Shown here piece after piece: positions 23,801 through 32,783 of a stretch of 64,000 nucleotides of DNA (the first letter of the stretch is position 1; the number at the start of each line of letters is the position of its first letter). The translations under genes and the position numbers were made by a program. The stretch lies in contig CALFZX010000010.1 in assembly GCA_937952315.1 (NCBI GenBank), positions 5,047-69,046 on the forward strand. Reading direction: 5' to 3'. The notes under the pieces are model-generated. The model was given only the letters and a program-made list of their open reading frames with translations. It was not told the origin of the DNA and ran no database searches. This stretch comes from an uncultured bacterium (GTDB lineage Bacteria; Patescibacteriota; Minisyncoccia; CAIUEV01).

Positions 23801-24308
23801 CAAAAGAAATCTCGTTCACCGACGAATCCCCCGCCTCTTCCGGTAATTCTCGTTGAATCGAGTCAACCTCGTCTTTCAGTCGCCTGATCGAGTCTTCAAG
23901 GTCCTCTCCCGCTTCAAACTCAACTACCAACGAGGATGTTGAGTTGGAAGAATAGGATGTGATCTTGTCGATACCTTTAAGACCGGAAACGGCCGTTTCT
24001 ATTTTTTTAGTGATTAGCTCTTCTACATCGGAAGGAGATGCTCCCGGAAGCACGGTAAAAACAGTAGCGATCGGTATTTTTACTTCCGGGTTAGATTCTC
24101 TAGGCAAACTGATAAAGGAATAGATTCCCCAGAGAGCGGAAAGCATTATCAGCAGCATTACTACTCGAAAATTGGACACAAAAAAACTCAACCAAGACTT
24201 TTTCAGTTCCGGATCCCATTTCAATTTTTGTAAATAAAGCAAATCTGAAGATTCAAAATCTTTACTATTGGGACTTTTTTTGCCAAAAATTCTATCTTTC
24301 CAGCTCAT
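20856..24308 (-). CDS. RND efflux permease (AcrB/SwrC family)
   Basis: LPRESNPEV, PGASPSDVEELIT, GLLVDDAIVV, GIVVKNAI and SRLEAIFITS; 1150 aa. Confidence 0.95.
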   Translation of the reverse strand: MSWKDRIFGKKSPNSKDFESSDLLYLQKLKWDPELKKSWLSFFVSNFRVVMLLIMLSALWGIYSFISLPRESNPEVKIPIATVFTVLPGASPSDVEELITKKIETAVSGLKGIDKITSYSSNSTSSLVVEFEAGEDLEDSIRRLKDEVDSIQRELPEEAGDSSVNEISFDDRPIFNIELAGRYDGFTLRQKAEELQDELEKIAGVREVKVSGGEEREIEVAYNPEKLESFKISAEQVNQIIASGNLLMPAGSFSGEKYNYAIKSDARLVNADQIKNLPIISTENGAIVYLKDLADVREKAIEKTVYSRFSTGGEDPKNAVSISLIKKTGGSILKTIDEAKQKIETMSGNFPEGMEYAYTTDMSEMIKEDFDQLTHDFFLTLFLVSLVLILLVGVKEAFVAGMAIPLTFFISFGVMELAGISLNFLSIFSLLLSLGLLVDDAIVVVSATKQYLKTGKFTPEQAVILVLRDFKWVLVTTTLTTVWAFLPLLLATGIIGEFIKSIPITVSVTLTASLLIALMINHPMAAILERIRFTRSFFFGIFSIIILGGTATAVLMRNTAGFSIGFIALTVAVVFLRWYLAEGRKRAMASEKLVNLEWENPEMIKEKLADRAEGRKKTFWQRIFSGITNINIILPLYEKQLRYILATRKRRWGALIGTLLLFLGSASLPASGIVATEFFSVSDEDSLYLNLEAPSGLKLEETNKIVEKVEAQLLKYPEIEKFSTLVGQGGGDGMGSSSSNLASVTMNLIDKNSREITSYDLADKIRNDLKSIKNAEITVESPSGGPPSGSAFEARIEGEDLQVLDKVANDLKRILSQIDGVINEDISLKEAPAEYTFLIDRERLKVSGLSIPAVSSFLRMAVSEMEVSKIIRDNKEIKIVARFDKRAVPDLESLQNLQILSPTGTAIFLKDIAKVELKPSVETITRTDQKRTVSLTAGVSGKTRPNQVLADFQKKLKEQYTLPTGYEIVYGGENEQNAESVISILKAMIVAGLLIFSTMIIQFNSFKKALIVLATFPLALIGVFIGLAIFRINLSFPGLIGILALFGIVVKNAIILIDKINLNLGSNIPFQEAIVDAGKSRLEAIFITSICTIFGIIPITLSNELWKALGGTIIFGLSLSSFFTLMIVPVLFATLIGEEEEKRERLKIKV

Positions 24309-25539
24309 CTCCTTCGTTTAAATATTTATTACCTTCCACCACCACTTCTCTATCCTCCGGCAAATCAATTTTTACTCGAGCTTTTTCTCCTTCAATTTCT
24401 TCTATTTCGACAACGATTTTTTTTGCTTTACCGTCTTCAGCAATGAAGATATAATTTTCGTTTTGATCGACCGTAATAACAGAAAGAGGAATAAGGAAGA
24501 TGTTTTTCTCCTGAATAATTTCTTTTTTTGGCACTTTTATATTTACTAAAGTGCCGGGAATCAATTCTGAATAACCCTTTGGGATTTCCGCTTCCACCAA
24601 AAACCGACGAGAGGCATCGTCTGCAGAAGGAGCAACGGCACTGATTTGCCCCTCCAAATCACGATTTTGATTTGTTTTAACCGTAATTTTTGTTCCTTTG
24701 TTTAGATGATTCAGCTCATCTTCACTCACAAAAAAAGTAATTTTTATGGTTTCTCGATCGGCGATGGTCAGCAAAGCTTGCCCGGGAGAAACATATTCTT
24801 TTTCTTCAACCATTTTAGCTGTCACTACTCCGTCGAATGTCGCGACCGGAGAAGCGCTTTCCTTTAGGCTCTTTAGCGTAAGACCGGCACTTTTTTCCTG
24901 CAATTGAGCCACTTCTTTTTGCATTTTACCCGCTTTAAGTTGAGAATTTAGATTTTTTTCCAAACTTTTGATTTGTTGATTCAATAATTCAACTTTATCC
25001 GCCTCACCGTCTGCCTCGGCCTGCTTTTTGGAGAGCTTCAAATATTTTAAATCGCTTTCCGTTGATTTTTTAAGATTTTTGTACGCTCGTTCCGCCGATT
25101 CGGTTGCCTGCTTAGCTTGTTCCAGACCCAATTCGGCCTGCTTGATGGATGTTGAATCAATGCCCTCGCCATAAGCACCTCTGTCTCTAACTTCTTCGAT
25201 TTGTAAAAGCTTGTCCCCGACAGAAACTTCGTCGCCCAAATCGAAATTAAGCTCCGTAATCGTGCCATTTGTGGACGCAACTATATTAGTTTCCGATTCG
25301 GCTACCACTTGCCCCAAATAATTGATTTCCGAAGCGGAGGATTTAAAATCGATTAGTTTTTTTAATTCGGCTTTTTTTGGAATGACTTCTTCCGCCTGCA
25401 CCGGTGTTTTTGATCCAAGCCATTGTTTTATTGTCGGCGCCAAAAAGCTGGACAAGCTGAATATTAAGGCCAGAAAAGCTCCCACGACCAAAAACTTATC
25501 CGTGGCTCTGAACGATCTTTTTCCTTTTCTAGATTGCAT
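24292..25539 (-). CDS. RND membrane-fusion/adaptor protein
   Basis: N-terminal TM, lipoyl halves flanking a coiled coil, beta-barrel; overlaps the permease start. Confidence 0.9.
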   Translation of the reverse strand: MQSRKGKRSFRATDKFLVVGAFLALIFSLSSFLAPTIKQWLGSKTPVQAEEVIPKKAELKKLIDFKSSASEINYLGQVVAESETNIVASTNGTITELNFDLGDEVSVGDKLLQIEEVRDRGAYGEGIDSTSIKQAELGLEQAKQATESAERAYKNLKKSTESDLKYLKLSKKQAEADGEADKVELLNQQIKSLEKNLNSQLKAGKMQKEVAQLQEKSAGLTLKSLKESASPVATFDGVVTAKMVEEKEYVSPGQALLTIADRETIKITFFVSEDELNHLNKGTKITVKTNQNRDLEGQISAVAPSADDASRRFLVEAEIPKGYSELIPGTLVNIKVPKKEIIQEKNIFLIPLSVITVDQNENYIFIAEDGKAKKIVVEIEEIEGEKARVKIDLPEDREVVVEGNKYLNEGDELER

Positions 25540-25808
25540 AATCTTAATTGTCTTTAGTTCTTAATCCTGAACAACGATTTTACACACTGTTTTTTAGTTA
25601 AAGCAAGAGAAGGGGGCCGATTTCCAATTTTGGAATTTATCAGAAAAGCAATACTTTTTGTCTTCTCCAAAAATTCTGTTTCTTTCTTACTTCTTCATAT
25701 TTAAAATAAAAAATATCGATGAAAAATCCGAGTAAAAAGCGGAAAAGCAGACAGAAAACCGAGCCGTTTTGGTCGGGCGCTTTGGCACTTTAAAGAATCG
25801 GCTTGGAA

Positions 25809-25844
25809 AAGTAAAAAGTCCCGAGATCTCGAGACTTTTTACTT
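25809..25844 (-). terminator. Intrinsic terminator (bidirectional-looking) downstream of nusA
   Basis: AAGTAAAAAGTC-C-CGAG AT CTCG-A-GACTTTTTACTT inverted repeat. Confidence 0.8.
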
Positions 25845-25869
25845 GATACTACTCAAAAAATAACTAATT

Positions 25870-27228
25870 CTATTTCTTCTCTTCAGCTTTTTCTTCTTCC
25901 TTCTCTCCCTCAACAATTTCCTCTTGTGGCATTTCCGTCAAAACTTCCTCCTGTTTTTCAGTGGTCGGCTCAGTCTTCTCCTCTGCGACCAGAGGCTTTT
26001 TCTCCTCCGTTTCTTCACCGTTCCAGACCTCGATATCGATCTCCCAGCCGGTAATACGGGACGCCAAACGAACATTTTGCCCACTGCGACCGATAGCAAT
26101 ACTTTGCTGATCTTTATCAACAAAAACTCGAACGCGTCGATTCTCCTCGTCCGTTACCATGATTTTTCTAACTTTGGCCGGCGAAAGAGCTCGCTCTAGA
26201 AAAATCATCGAATCTTCACTGTAGTTGATCAAATCGATTCTTTCTCCTCGGAGTTCATCCGTCACCGCTTGAACACGCGTACCTCGTTGGCCGATACAAG
26301 ATCCGACAGAATCAATGCTGGGATCTTCACTCCAAACAGCCACTTTGGCTCTTTGACCGGGCTCTCGTACCACTTTGTGAATTTTCACCACACCGGCAAA
26401 AATTTCCGGCACCTCCAATTTTAAGAGTCCTTCCACAAGGGCAGGATGGGTGCGAGACACAATTACCATAGTGTTCCTTGACTCGGAATCAACGCGTAAA
26501 ATATAGACTTTCAAACGCTGACCTTGTTCATAACGCTCTCCGACAACTTGTTCCTTGCGTGGCAAGAGGGCGATAGTTTTACCCAAATCAATATGAGCTT
26601 GAAAACCTTCAACTCGTTGAACGGTGCCGGGCAGAACCTCACCGACCCTTTCAGCATATTCATTATAGATAATATTTTTTTCAGTTTCTTTGATTTTTTG
26701 TAAAATCACTTGTTTGGCCGTTTGAGCGGCAATACGACCAAAATCTTTTGGGGCGGAAACGGGAATGGCCAAATACTGGCCTTTCTTTATCTTAGGCAGT
26801 AATTTTTTCGCTTCTTCAATTAAAATTTCTCGTTCCGGCCTAAAGAAAAGCTTTTTTTCTTCATCTTCCGGCGTGTTCGCGTCCTCTCGATCTTCAAGGT
26901 TTTCCTCTTTCCAAATTTTTATTTTGCGTTTTTTGTCCGGAGCGGGCAATTCAAAATTTTCTTCTTTTTCGGCAAATTCGCGGTCTTTCTTGTCAACAAC
27001 TTGATAAATTTCAAAGAAACTTCCGGCGCCTGATTGATCGTTAAAGTCTGCGCGAACGATTCGGCCTTTTCGACCGGTTTCCTTTTTGTAAGCAGCGGAA
27101 AGAGCGCTTTCAATCACTTCGATAATTACTTCTTGATCGATACCTTTTTCCTCGCAAATCTGGGCGATAGCTGCACCCCATTCGCTAAGGTGACCGGTTT
27201 GACTGTCGGAATAAAAACTTTTATCCAT
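25870..27228 (-). CDS. nusA: Transcription factor NusA
   Basis: FGRIAAQTAKQVI, S1 domain, REPGQRAKVAV, CIGQRG and AIGRSGQNVRLA KH motifs. Confidence 0.98.
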   Translation of the reverse strand: MDKSFYSDSQTGHLSEWGAAIAQICEEKGIDQEVIIEVIESALSAAYKKETGRKGRIVRADFNDQSGAGSFFEIYQVVDKKDREFAEKEENFELPAPDKKRKIKIWKEENLEDREDANTPEDEEKKLFFRPEREILIEEAKKLLPKIKKGQYLAIPVSAPKDFGRIAAQTAKQVILQKIKETEKNIIYNEYAERVGEVLPGTVQRVEGFQAHIDLGKTIALLPRKEQVVGERYEQGQRLKVYILRVDSESRNTMVIVSRTHPALVEGLLKLEVPEIFAGVVKIHKVVREPGQRAKVAVWSEDPSIDSVGSCIGQRGTRVQAVTDELRGERIDLINYSEDSMIFLERALSPAKVRKIMVTDEENRRVRVFVDKDQQSIAIGRSGQNVRLASRITGWEIDIEVWNGEETEEKKPLVAEEKTEPTTEKQEEVLTEMPQEEIVEGEKEEEKAEEKK

Positions 27229-27263
27229 AGTTTTGGTTGATTAATAATTATTTTCGACGATTG

Positions 27264-27310
27264 CTTATCTTTATAAAAAATGGCCCGCCGAGGCGGACCG
27301 TCCAGATAAG
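27264..27310 (-). promoter_or_regulatory. nusA 5' leader attenuator hairpin
   Basis: Minus strand reads GGUCCGC-CUCG-GCGGGCC then AUUUUUU, ending about 45 nt before the nusA ATG; the U.G pair forms only on this strand. Confidence 0.7.
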
Positions 27311-27359
27311 TACCATCATTTTTCCTGACTAAACTAAAACACGGTTTTTTATTTGAAGC

Positions 27360-27392
27360 AAAAAATAAAAAAGACAGGTTTGAACCTGTCTT
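27360..27392 (-). terminator. Intrinsic terminator of the 73-aa orphan gene
   Basis: AAGACAGGTT-TG-AACCTGTCTT perfect inverted repeat with a U-tract on the minus strand. Confidence 0.85.
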
Positions 27393-27402
27393 GGGTTTGT
27401 AA

Positions 27403-27624
27403 TTATAATTTTCTGTAAAAAACGAAATAACCGATTGGAGGATGACTGCAATTGATCTCCAAAATATCCAGGAGTGTGACGCCTTCACCTCCCTTGAACT
27501 CTCGGGAAACAAAAATTCCCGAAGCCCCCTTTACGGAGATTTCATCGAGCCCCAAATCTTCCATTCGATTTATTGCTTGCAAAGCGAGCTCTCGAAGGTG
27601 ATCGGAAATCTTAATCTCAACCAT
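27403..27624 (-). CDS. Small hypothetical protein (73 aa)
   Basis: AAAGGAG SD 6 nt before the ATG; has its own promoter-like sequence and terminator. Confidence 0.7.
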   Translation of the reverse strand: MVEIKISDHLRELALQAINRMEDLGLDEISVKGASGIFVSREFKGGEGVTLLDILEINCSHPPIGYFVFYRKL

Positions 27625-27766
27625 AGGAAACTCCTTTCAATTTGAATGCGGACGATTTTCTTAAAAAGTACTTGGTTGTTACAATTAAAGGTCTTAAAAG
27701 AACAACTGGCTTATTTAGCACACTATTTTCAGTCTGTAAATGCCTGTTGTTAAAAAAGTTCAAATG

Positions 27767-27837
27767 AGCGGGTAACGGGAGTCGAACCCGTCTTTTAGCC
27801 TTGGGAAGGCTGCGTAATACCGATATACCATACCCGC
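27767..27837 (-). tRNA. tRNA-Gly(CCC)
   Basis: GCGGGTA/TACCCGC acceptor, AGCC-TTCCCAA-GGCT anticodon arm, ACGGG-TTCGACT-CCCGT T arm, U discriminator; CCA not encoded. Confidence 0.96.
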
Positions 27838-27921
27838 TTGTCTAATTTTTGCAAATTGGATTATTTAATTAAATCTATGCTAAAATAAAAAAAATAACAA
27901 CCGATTAGGTAAAAAATAAAT

Positions 27922-30900
27922 ATGGCTTTTTCAAAAAAAATCAGCTCGACAGGAAGAGAAGAATTCCAGGAGATCACTCTTAGAGACACAACCAGACGGT
28001 TAAGTCGCATTTCCGAGGAGGAGCAAGCGGCCATCAAAGCGGCCGGTTTGGGTTTACCCTATCTTGATTTGAATATTTTTCCCGTAGGCACTGAAACTAT
28101 TAGCACTTTGCCGGAGGAAGTTTCGCGCTTCGGACAGTTGGTTGTTATTCAAAAAGCGGGACGAGACTTAAAAGTCGGCGTCGTTGAACCGAAAGATCCA
28201 AAAACACAGGAAGTGCTCGAAAAAATGGAAAAAGATGAAGGCTACAATTCTAGAATTTACATTATTTCTAAAACTAGCCTAGAAAGAGCTTTGGATCGCT
28301 ACAAACAGGCGAATCTCTCGACTTCGCTTGAAGAAATGATGCTAACGCTGTCCGGTAAAGACTTGGAAAAATTTGAAAACGACATTAAAGAACTGGTTGA
28401 CCTCAAAAAAAGAATTCGAGAGTTACCCACCACGGAAGTTTTGAATGTAATTATCGCCGGCGCTATCAAATTGGAAGCGAGCGATGTTCACACAGAACCG
28501 CAAAAGGAAGATGTTCGAATCCGCTATCGTTTAGACGGTGTGCTTCACGATATTGTCCACATTCCCTATAATTTCTATCCCTATGTCCTTTCTCGCGTTA
28601 AGATGCTTTCCGGCTTGAAATTAAATATTCGAGACCGAGCTCAGGATGGTCGTTTTACTATTAAAACTAATTCTTCCGAAATTGATGTAAGAGTTTCCAT
28701 CCTGCCGGGTAATTATGGTGAAAATGTGGTGATGAGGTTGCTTAATCAAGATTCAGTTGGCTTAAAATTGGAGGATTTGGGTTTGCGAGGTCGCGCCTTT
28801 GATCAGTTGATTAGCCAGCTAAACAAGCCCAATGGTATGATCCTAAATACCGGACCGACCGGATCGGGAAAAACAACAACGCTTTATGCCTGCCTTATGC
28901 GCATTAACAGTCCGGATACGAAAATTATTACGATTGAAGACCCGATCGAGTACCGTCTGCCCGGTATCTCGCAAACACAGGTGCACAAAGAAAAAGGCTA
29001 TGATTTTTCTAACGGTTTGCGCTCAATTGTCCGTCAAGACCCGGACGCTATTCTGGTGGGAGAAATCCGAGATGAGGAAACGGGGGATATTGCGGTTCAC
29101 GCCGCTCTGACCGGTCATTTGGTTTTTTCCACTTTGCACACGAATTCAGCTTCCGGCGCTGTTCCTCGTTTGATTGACTTGGGTATTCGACCGACCTTGA
29201 TTGCTCCTTCCGTTAATTGTGTCATTGCTCAAAGATTGGTGCGAAAACTATGCCCTTATTGCAAAGAAGAGTATGTACCCGCCAAAGAAACACTGGAAAG
29301 TATGGGTCGTTTTCTCTCGATTATTTCGCCTAAGGCGGGAGTGGAAATTCCTAAAAATATTACTACTCTTTTTCGAGCCAAAGGTTGTCCTCGCTGTAAG
29401 GGTATCGGTTATAAAGGACAAATGGGCATTTTTGAAGTTTTTGAGATCAACAAGGAAACGGAAAAATTAGTTTTGGAGATGGCGCCGGCCACCGATCTCC
29501 TGGCGGCGGCGATGGAATCCGGTATGATTACCATGCTTCAAGACGGAATTTTAAAAGCCTCGGAAGGCATCACTTCAATGGACGAAGTGGAAAGAACGAC
29601 GGGCGCCGGCCAGTATCTGCAGGAGGTTTATGAGAAAATCATGACCCAACTTCTCTCCTTGCAATTGAAAATAGACAAAAAACAGATCGGGGAAACGCTT
29701 GAATGCGGTTTTGACGCTCAAAAAATGGCATCACTGATCCAAAAGGCGAGCAATAAGGAAATCCTCAATTATGTGGTCGCGGGCGGATTGGCCTTCGATG
29801 CGGGCGACATTCATATGGAACCGCAGGGAGATCTGATCAAAATTCGTTATCGTATTGACGGTATTTTGGAGGACATAACGGATATTAAGGCTCAGGACTA
29901 TTTACCAATTTTATCGCAGATCAAGCTACTTTCAGGTTTTAAAACCGATTCTCACGAGGCGGTCCAGGACAGTCGTTTCGGCATCGCTTTAGAAATGCAA
30001 ATCAACGACATTGCCGACACTAAAATCGATGTCAGAGTTTCAATCATTACGGGCGGTTACGGAGAGACGGTAGTGTTGAGATTGCTTCATAAATCGGCTC
30101 GCGCTTTAGAGGTGGAGAAAATCGGTTTCAGACCGCAATTATTGGAGAAATTATTGCGAGAAATTGAAAAACCGAACGGCATTATTCTGAATACCGGACC
30201 GACCGGATCGGGAAAAACAACGACGCTATATTCCTTGCTTAATCGTCTGAACAAACCGGAAGTTAAAATTATCACCGTAGAAGATCCGATAGAATATCGT
30301 TTGGCGGGGATTCTCCAGACCCAAGTTTCCACGGAGGAAGGTTATGATTTCGCCAACGCTTTAAAGGCACTTCTGCGTCAAAATCCGGATATAATGATGA
30401 TTGGAGAAATTCGCGATGAGGAAACGGCTAAAATAGCCATTCAAGCTTCTCTAACCGGGCATTTGGTGCTTTCCACTTTGCACACTAACAGCGCGGTAGC
30501 TTCTATTCAAAGGTTGATCAATATGAATATTGATCCTACCGATATCGCCACTTCCACTAACGCTATGATGGCGCAGAGACTGCTCCGAAAGCTTTGCCCT
30601 CATTGTCGAAAAGAGGTGTTACCGAGTGATCAAGACAAACGCAAACTTGAGGAGGTGCTAGCCACCGTCAGCAAATCTTCCGGCGTCGAAGTGCCTTCAA
30701 AAATTGAAAAATTGTTTGAGCCGGTCGGTTGCGAAAAATGTAAGAATCTCGGCTATTCCGGTCGAATCGCTGTGGCGGAGATAATGGCAATGAGTCCGAC
30801 ACTTGAAGAGATGGTCTCCCGTTTTATGATCACTTCGGAGATAGAACGACAGGCGATTAGTGAAGGGATGCTGACGATGACTCAAGATGCGGCGATTCGC

Positions 30901-30954
30901 GTGGTGAACGGCGAAACAAGTATCGCCGAAGCGGCTCGATCGACGGAGCTTTAA
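27922..30954 (+). CDS. PilB/GspE-family ATPase with two complete tandem ATPase units
   Basis: Two copies each of ASD/AGD-x-H-x-EP, GPTGSGKTT, T(I/V)EDPIEY, GEIRD, STLHTN and CxxC...CxxC. Confidence 0.95.
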   Translation: MAFSKKISSTGREEFQEITLRDTTRRLSRISEEEQAAIKAAGLGLPYLDLNIFPVGTETISTLPEEVSRFGQLVVIQKAGRDLKVGVVEPKDPKTQEVLEKMEKDEGYNSRIYIISKTSLERALDRYKQANLSTSLEEMMLTLSGKDLEKFENDIKELVDLKKRIRELPTTEVLNVIIAGAIKLEASDVHTEPQKEDVRIRYRLDGVLHDIVHIPYNFYPYVLSRVKMLSGLKLNIRDRAQDGRFTIKTNSSEIDVRVSILPGNYGENVVMRLLNQDSVGLKLEDLGLRGRAFDQLISQLNKPNGMILNTGPTGSGKTTTLYACLMRINSPDTKIITIEDPIEYRLPGISQTQVHKEKGYDFSNGLRSIVRQDPDAILVGEIRDEETGDIAVHAALTGHLVFSTLHTNSASGAVPRLIDLGIRPTLIAPSVNCVIAQRLVRKLCPYCKEEYVPAKETLESMGRFLSIISPKAGVEIPKNITTLFRAKGCPRCKGIGYKGQMGIFEVFEINKETEKLVLEMAPATDLLAAAMESGMITMLQDGILKASEGITSMDEVERTTGAGQYLQEVYEKIMTQLLSLQLKIDKKQIGETLECGFDAQKMASLIQKASNKEILNYVVAGGLAFDAGDIHMEPQGDLIKIRYRIDGILEDITDIKAQDYLPILSQIKLLSGFKTDSHEAVQDSRFGIALEMQINDIADTKIDVRVSIITGGYGETVVLRLLHKSARALEVEKIGFRPQLLEKLLREIEKPNGIILNTGPTGSGKTTTLYSLLNRLNKPEVKIITVEDPIEYRLAGILQTQVSTEEGYDFANALKALLRQNPDIMMIGEIRDEETAKIAIQASLTGHLVLSTLHTNSAVASIQRLINMNIDPTDIATSTNAMMAQRLLRKLCPHCRKEVLPSDQDKRKLEEVLATVSKSSGVEVPSKIEKLFEPVGCEKCKNLGYSGRIAVAEIMAMSPTLEEMVSRFMITSEIERQAISEGMLTMTQDAAIRVVNGETSIAEAARSTEL

Positions 30955-30996
30955 ATCAAAATATTACGGAAAATAAAAATTAATTCCTTTCCCCCT

Positions 30997-32781
30997 ATGT
31001 TTATCAGCGACAAACAATTAAAAGGATTTTTACTGGAATCGGAAATCGTTCCCGCTTCTTTGTTGGAGGAAGCTTCTCTGGAGGCGGAAGATACCAAAAT
31101 AAAACTCGGCACCGTTCTGATGGAAAAAGGTCTGATTCAGGAAGAGCAGCTAAGAAAAACTTATGCTTACTTGCTGGGGATACCCTTTGTCAATCTTGAA
31201 AATCAGTATGTTCCCAAGGAAGTTTTGACAATTATTCCCGAGCCTATTGCTCGCAAACACAACATTGTAGCTTTCGAAAAAGAAGGAACAAAAATTAAAG
31301 TGGCAATGCTTGATCCGGAAGATCTTCAAACGATTGATTTTATTCGCAAGAAGACCCAAAGCAAAATTCTTCCCTGTCTGACTTCGGAAAAATCAATTAA
31401 ACATATTCTGACCCAATATCAAAAGTCTCTCAAAGCCGAATTTGGCGAAATAATCAACGAAAATGTCAAGTTTGCTTCAATCGCCGACAGGGCGAAAAAT
31501 CCGGTTAGGGACGATAAAAATTCGATCGGCAAAGAGATTGATCTTCTCAAAAAAAGAGCGGAGGAACTACCGGTAATCAAAATTGTCGATGTTCTGTTGA
31601 AGCACGCAATTTTACAGCAGGCCAGCGATATTCACATTGAACCGGAGGAAAAAGAAGTAGTGGTGCGTTATCGCATTGACGGTCTTCTGCACGATGTTAT
31701 GTTTTTGCCCAAAGAGGTTTTACCGGCCATCATCGCTCGAATAAAGGTTTTGGCCAATTTAAAACTAGATGAACATCGATTACCTCAAGATGGTCGTTTT
31801 AAGATCGAGAATAGCGATTATAAGTTCTCTTTTCGTGTTTCAATTTTGCCCATAATGGACGGAGAAAAAATCGTGATGAGATTGCTTAATGAATCGTCCA
31901 AGGGGCTAACTTTGGAACAGTTAGGCTTTAGAAATCGAGCTTTGGAGGCACTCCAAAAAAGTGTGCATAAATCGCACGGAATGATTTTAGTGACCGGACC
32001 AACCGGATCGGGAAAAACGACTACTCTTTACACGGTAATGGACATTCTCAATACCAACCAAGTCAATATTAGCACTGTCGAAGATCCGATTGAATATCGA
32101 ATGCCCCGAATCAATCAAACTCAAATTAATGCCAAGATAGGGCTAACTTTTGCAGCCGGTTTAAGGGCCCTTCTGCGTCAAGATCCGGATATTATCATGG
32201 TAGGAGAAATTCGAGATGAAGAGACAATGCATATTGCCATTAATGCCGCTATGACCGGGCATTTGGTGCTTTCAACCTTGCACACCAACAGTGCCTCCGC
32301 TACAATGCCTCGCTTGTTGGATATGGGGGCGGAACCTTTCTTGTTGGCATCGACTCTCAATATCGTTATTGCTCAAAGATTGGTACGCAAGATTTGTTCG
32401 GAGTGCAAAGTGGAATATCGTCTCAAGAAGGAAGAAATTGAGGAGTTGGGACGAAAAGTCGACTTAGCGGACCTCTTGGAAGCAATGAAACGGGAGAAAA
32501 TAATTCGACCCGAAGTGGCAAGCTGGGAGGAAATTATTTTCTATCGCGGTCAAGGGTGCAAGCGATGTGCCGAATCAGGCTATAAGGGCCGAATGGGTAT
32601 TTACGAAGTAATAGAAATGGACGATGATATCAGGGCGCTGGTTTCGAAGCGAGCTGATGCGGCCGAAATTGAGGCTGTAGCCATTGAGAAAGGCGTTCTA
32701 ACTATGCTTCAGGACGGATTCATCAAGTCGGCGGAGGGTCTGACTACCATTGAGGAAGTGCTGAGGGTAACTCAGGAATAA
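30997..32781 (+). CDS. pilB: Type IV pilus assembly ATPase PilB (MshEN-like N-terminus)
   Basis: KLGTVLMEKGLI N-terminal motif, ASDIHIEP, PQDGR, GPTGSGKTT, GEIRD and Zn-binding Cys residues. Confidence 0.92.
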   Translation: MFISDKQLKGFLLESEIVPASLLEEASLEAEDTKIKLGTVLMEKGLIQEEQLRKTYAYLLGIPFVNLENQYVPKEVLTIIPEPIARKHNIVAFEKEGTKIKVAMLDPEDLQTIDFIRKKTQSKILPCLTSEKSIKHILTQYQKSLKAEFGEIINENVKFASIADRAKNPVRDDKNSIGKEIDLLKKRAEELPVIKIVDVLLKHAILQQASDIHIEPEEKEVVVRYRIDGLLHDVMFLPKEVLPAIIARIKVLANLKLDEHRLPQDGRFKIENSDYKFSFRVSILPIMDGEKIVMRLLNESSKGLTLEQLGFRNRALEALQKSVHKSHGMILVTGPTGSGKTTTLYTVMDILNTNQVNISTVEDPIEYRMPRINQTQINAKIGLTFAAGLRALLRQDPDIIMVGEIRDEETMHIAINAAMTGHLVLSTLHTNSASATMPRLLDMGAEPFLLASTLNIVIAQRLVRKICSECKVEYRLKKEEIEELGRKVDLADLLEAMKREKIIRPEVASWEEIIFYRGQGCKRCAESGYKGRMGIYEVIEMDDDIRALVSKRADAAEIEAVAIEKGVLTMLQDGFIKSAEGLTTIEEVLRVTQE

Positions 32782-32783
32782 TT

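Noticed and set aside
27126-27645. ORFs 27126-27512(-) and 27442-27645(+)
   Set aside because: They cross a terminator or lie antisense to the SD-supported 27403-27624 gene.
8811-27837. Both tRNAs lack an encoded CCA; dcw genes and rplU are dispersed
   Set aside because: Common in many bacteria, including CPR, so not notable.
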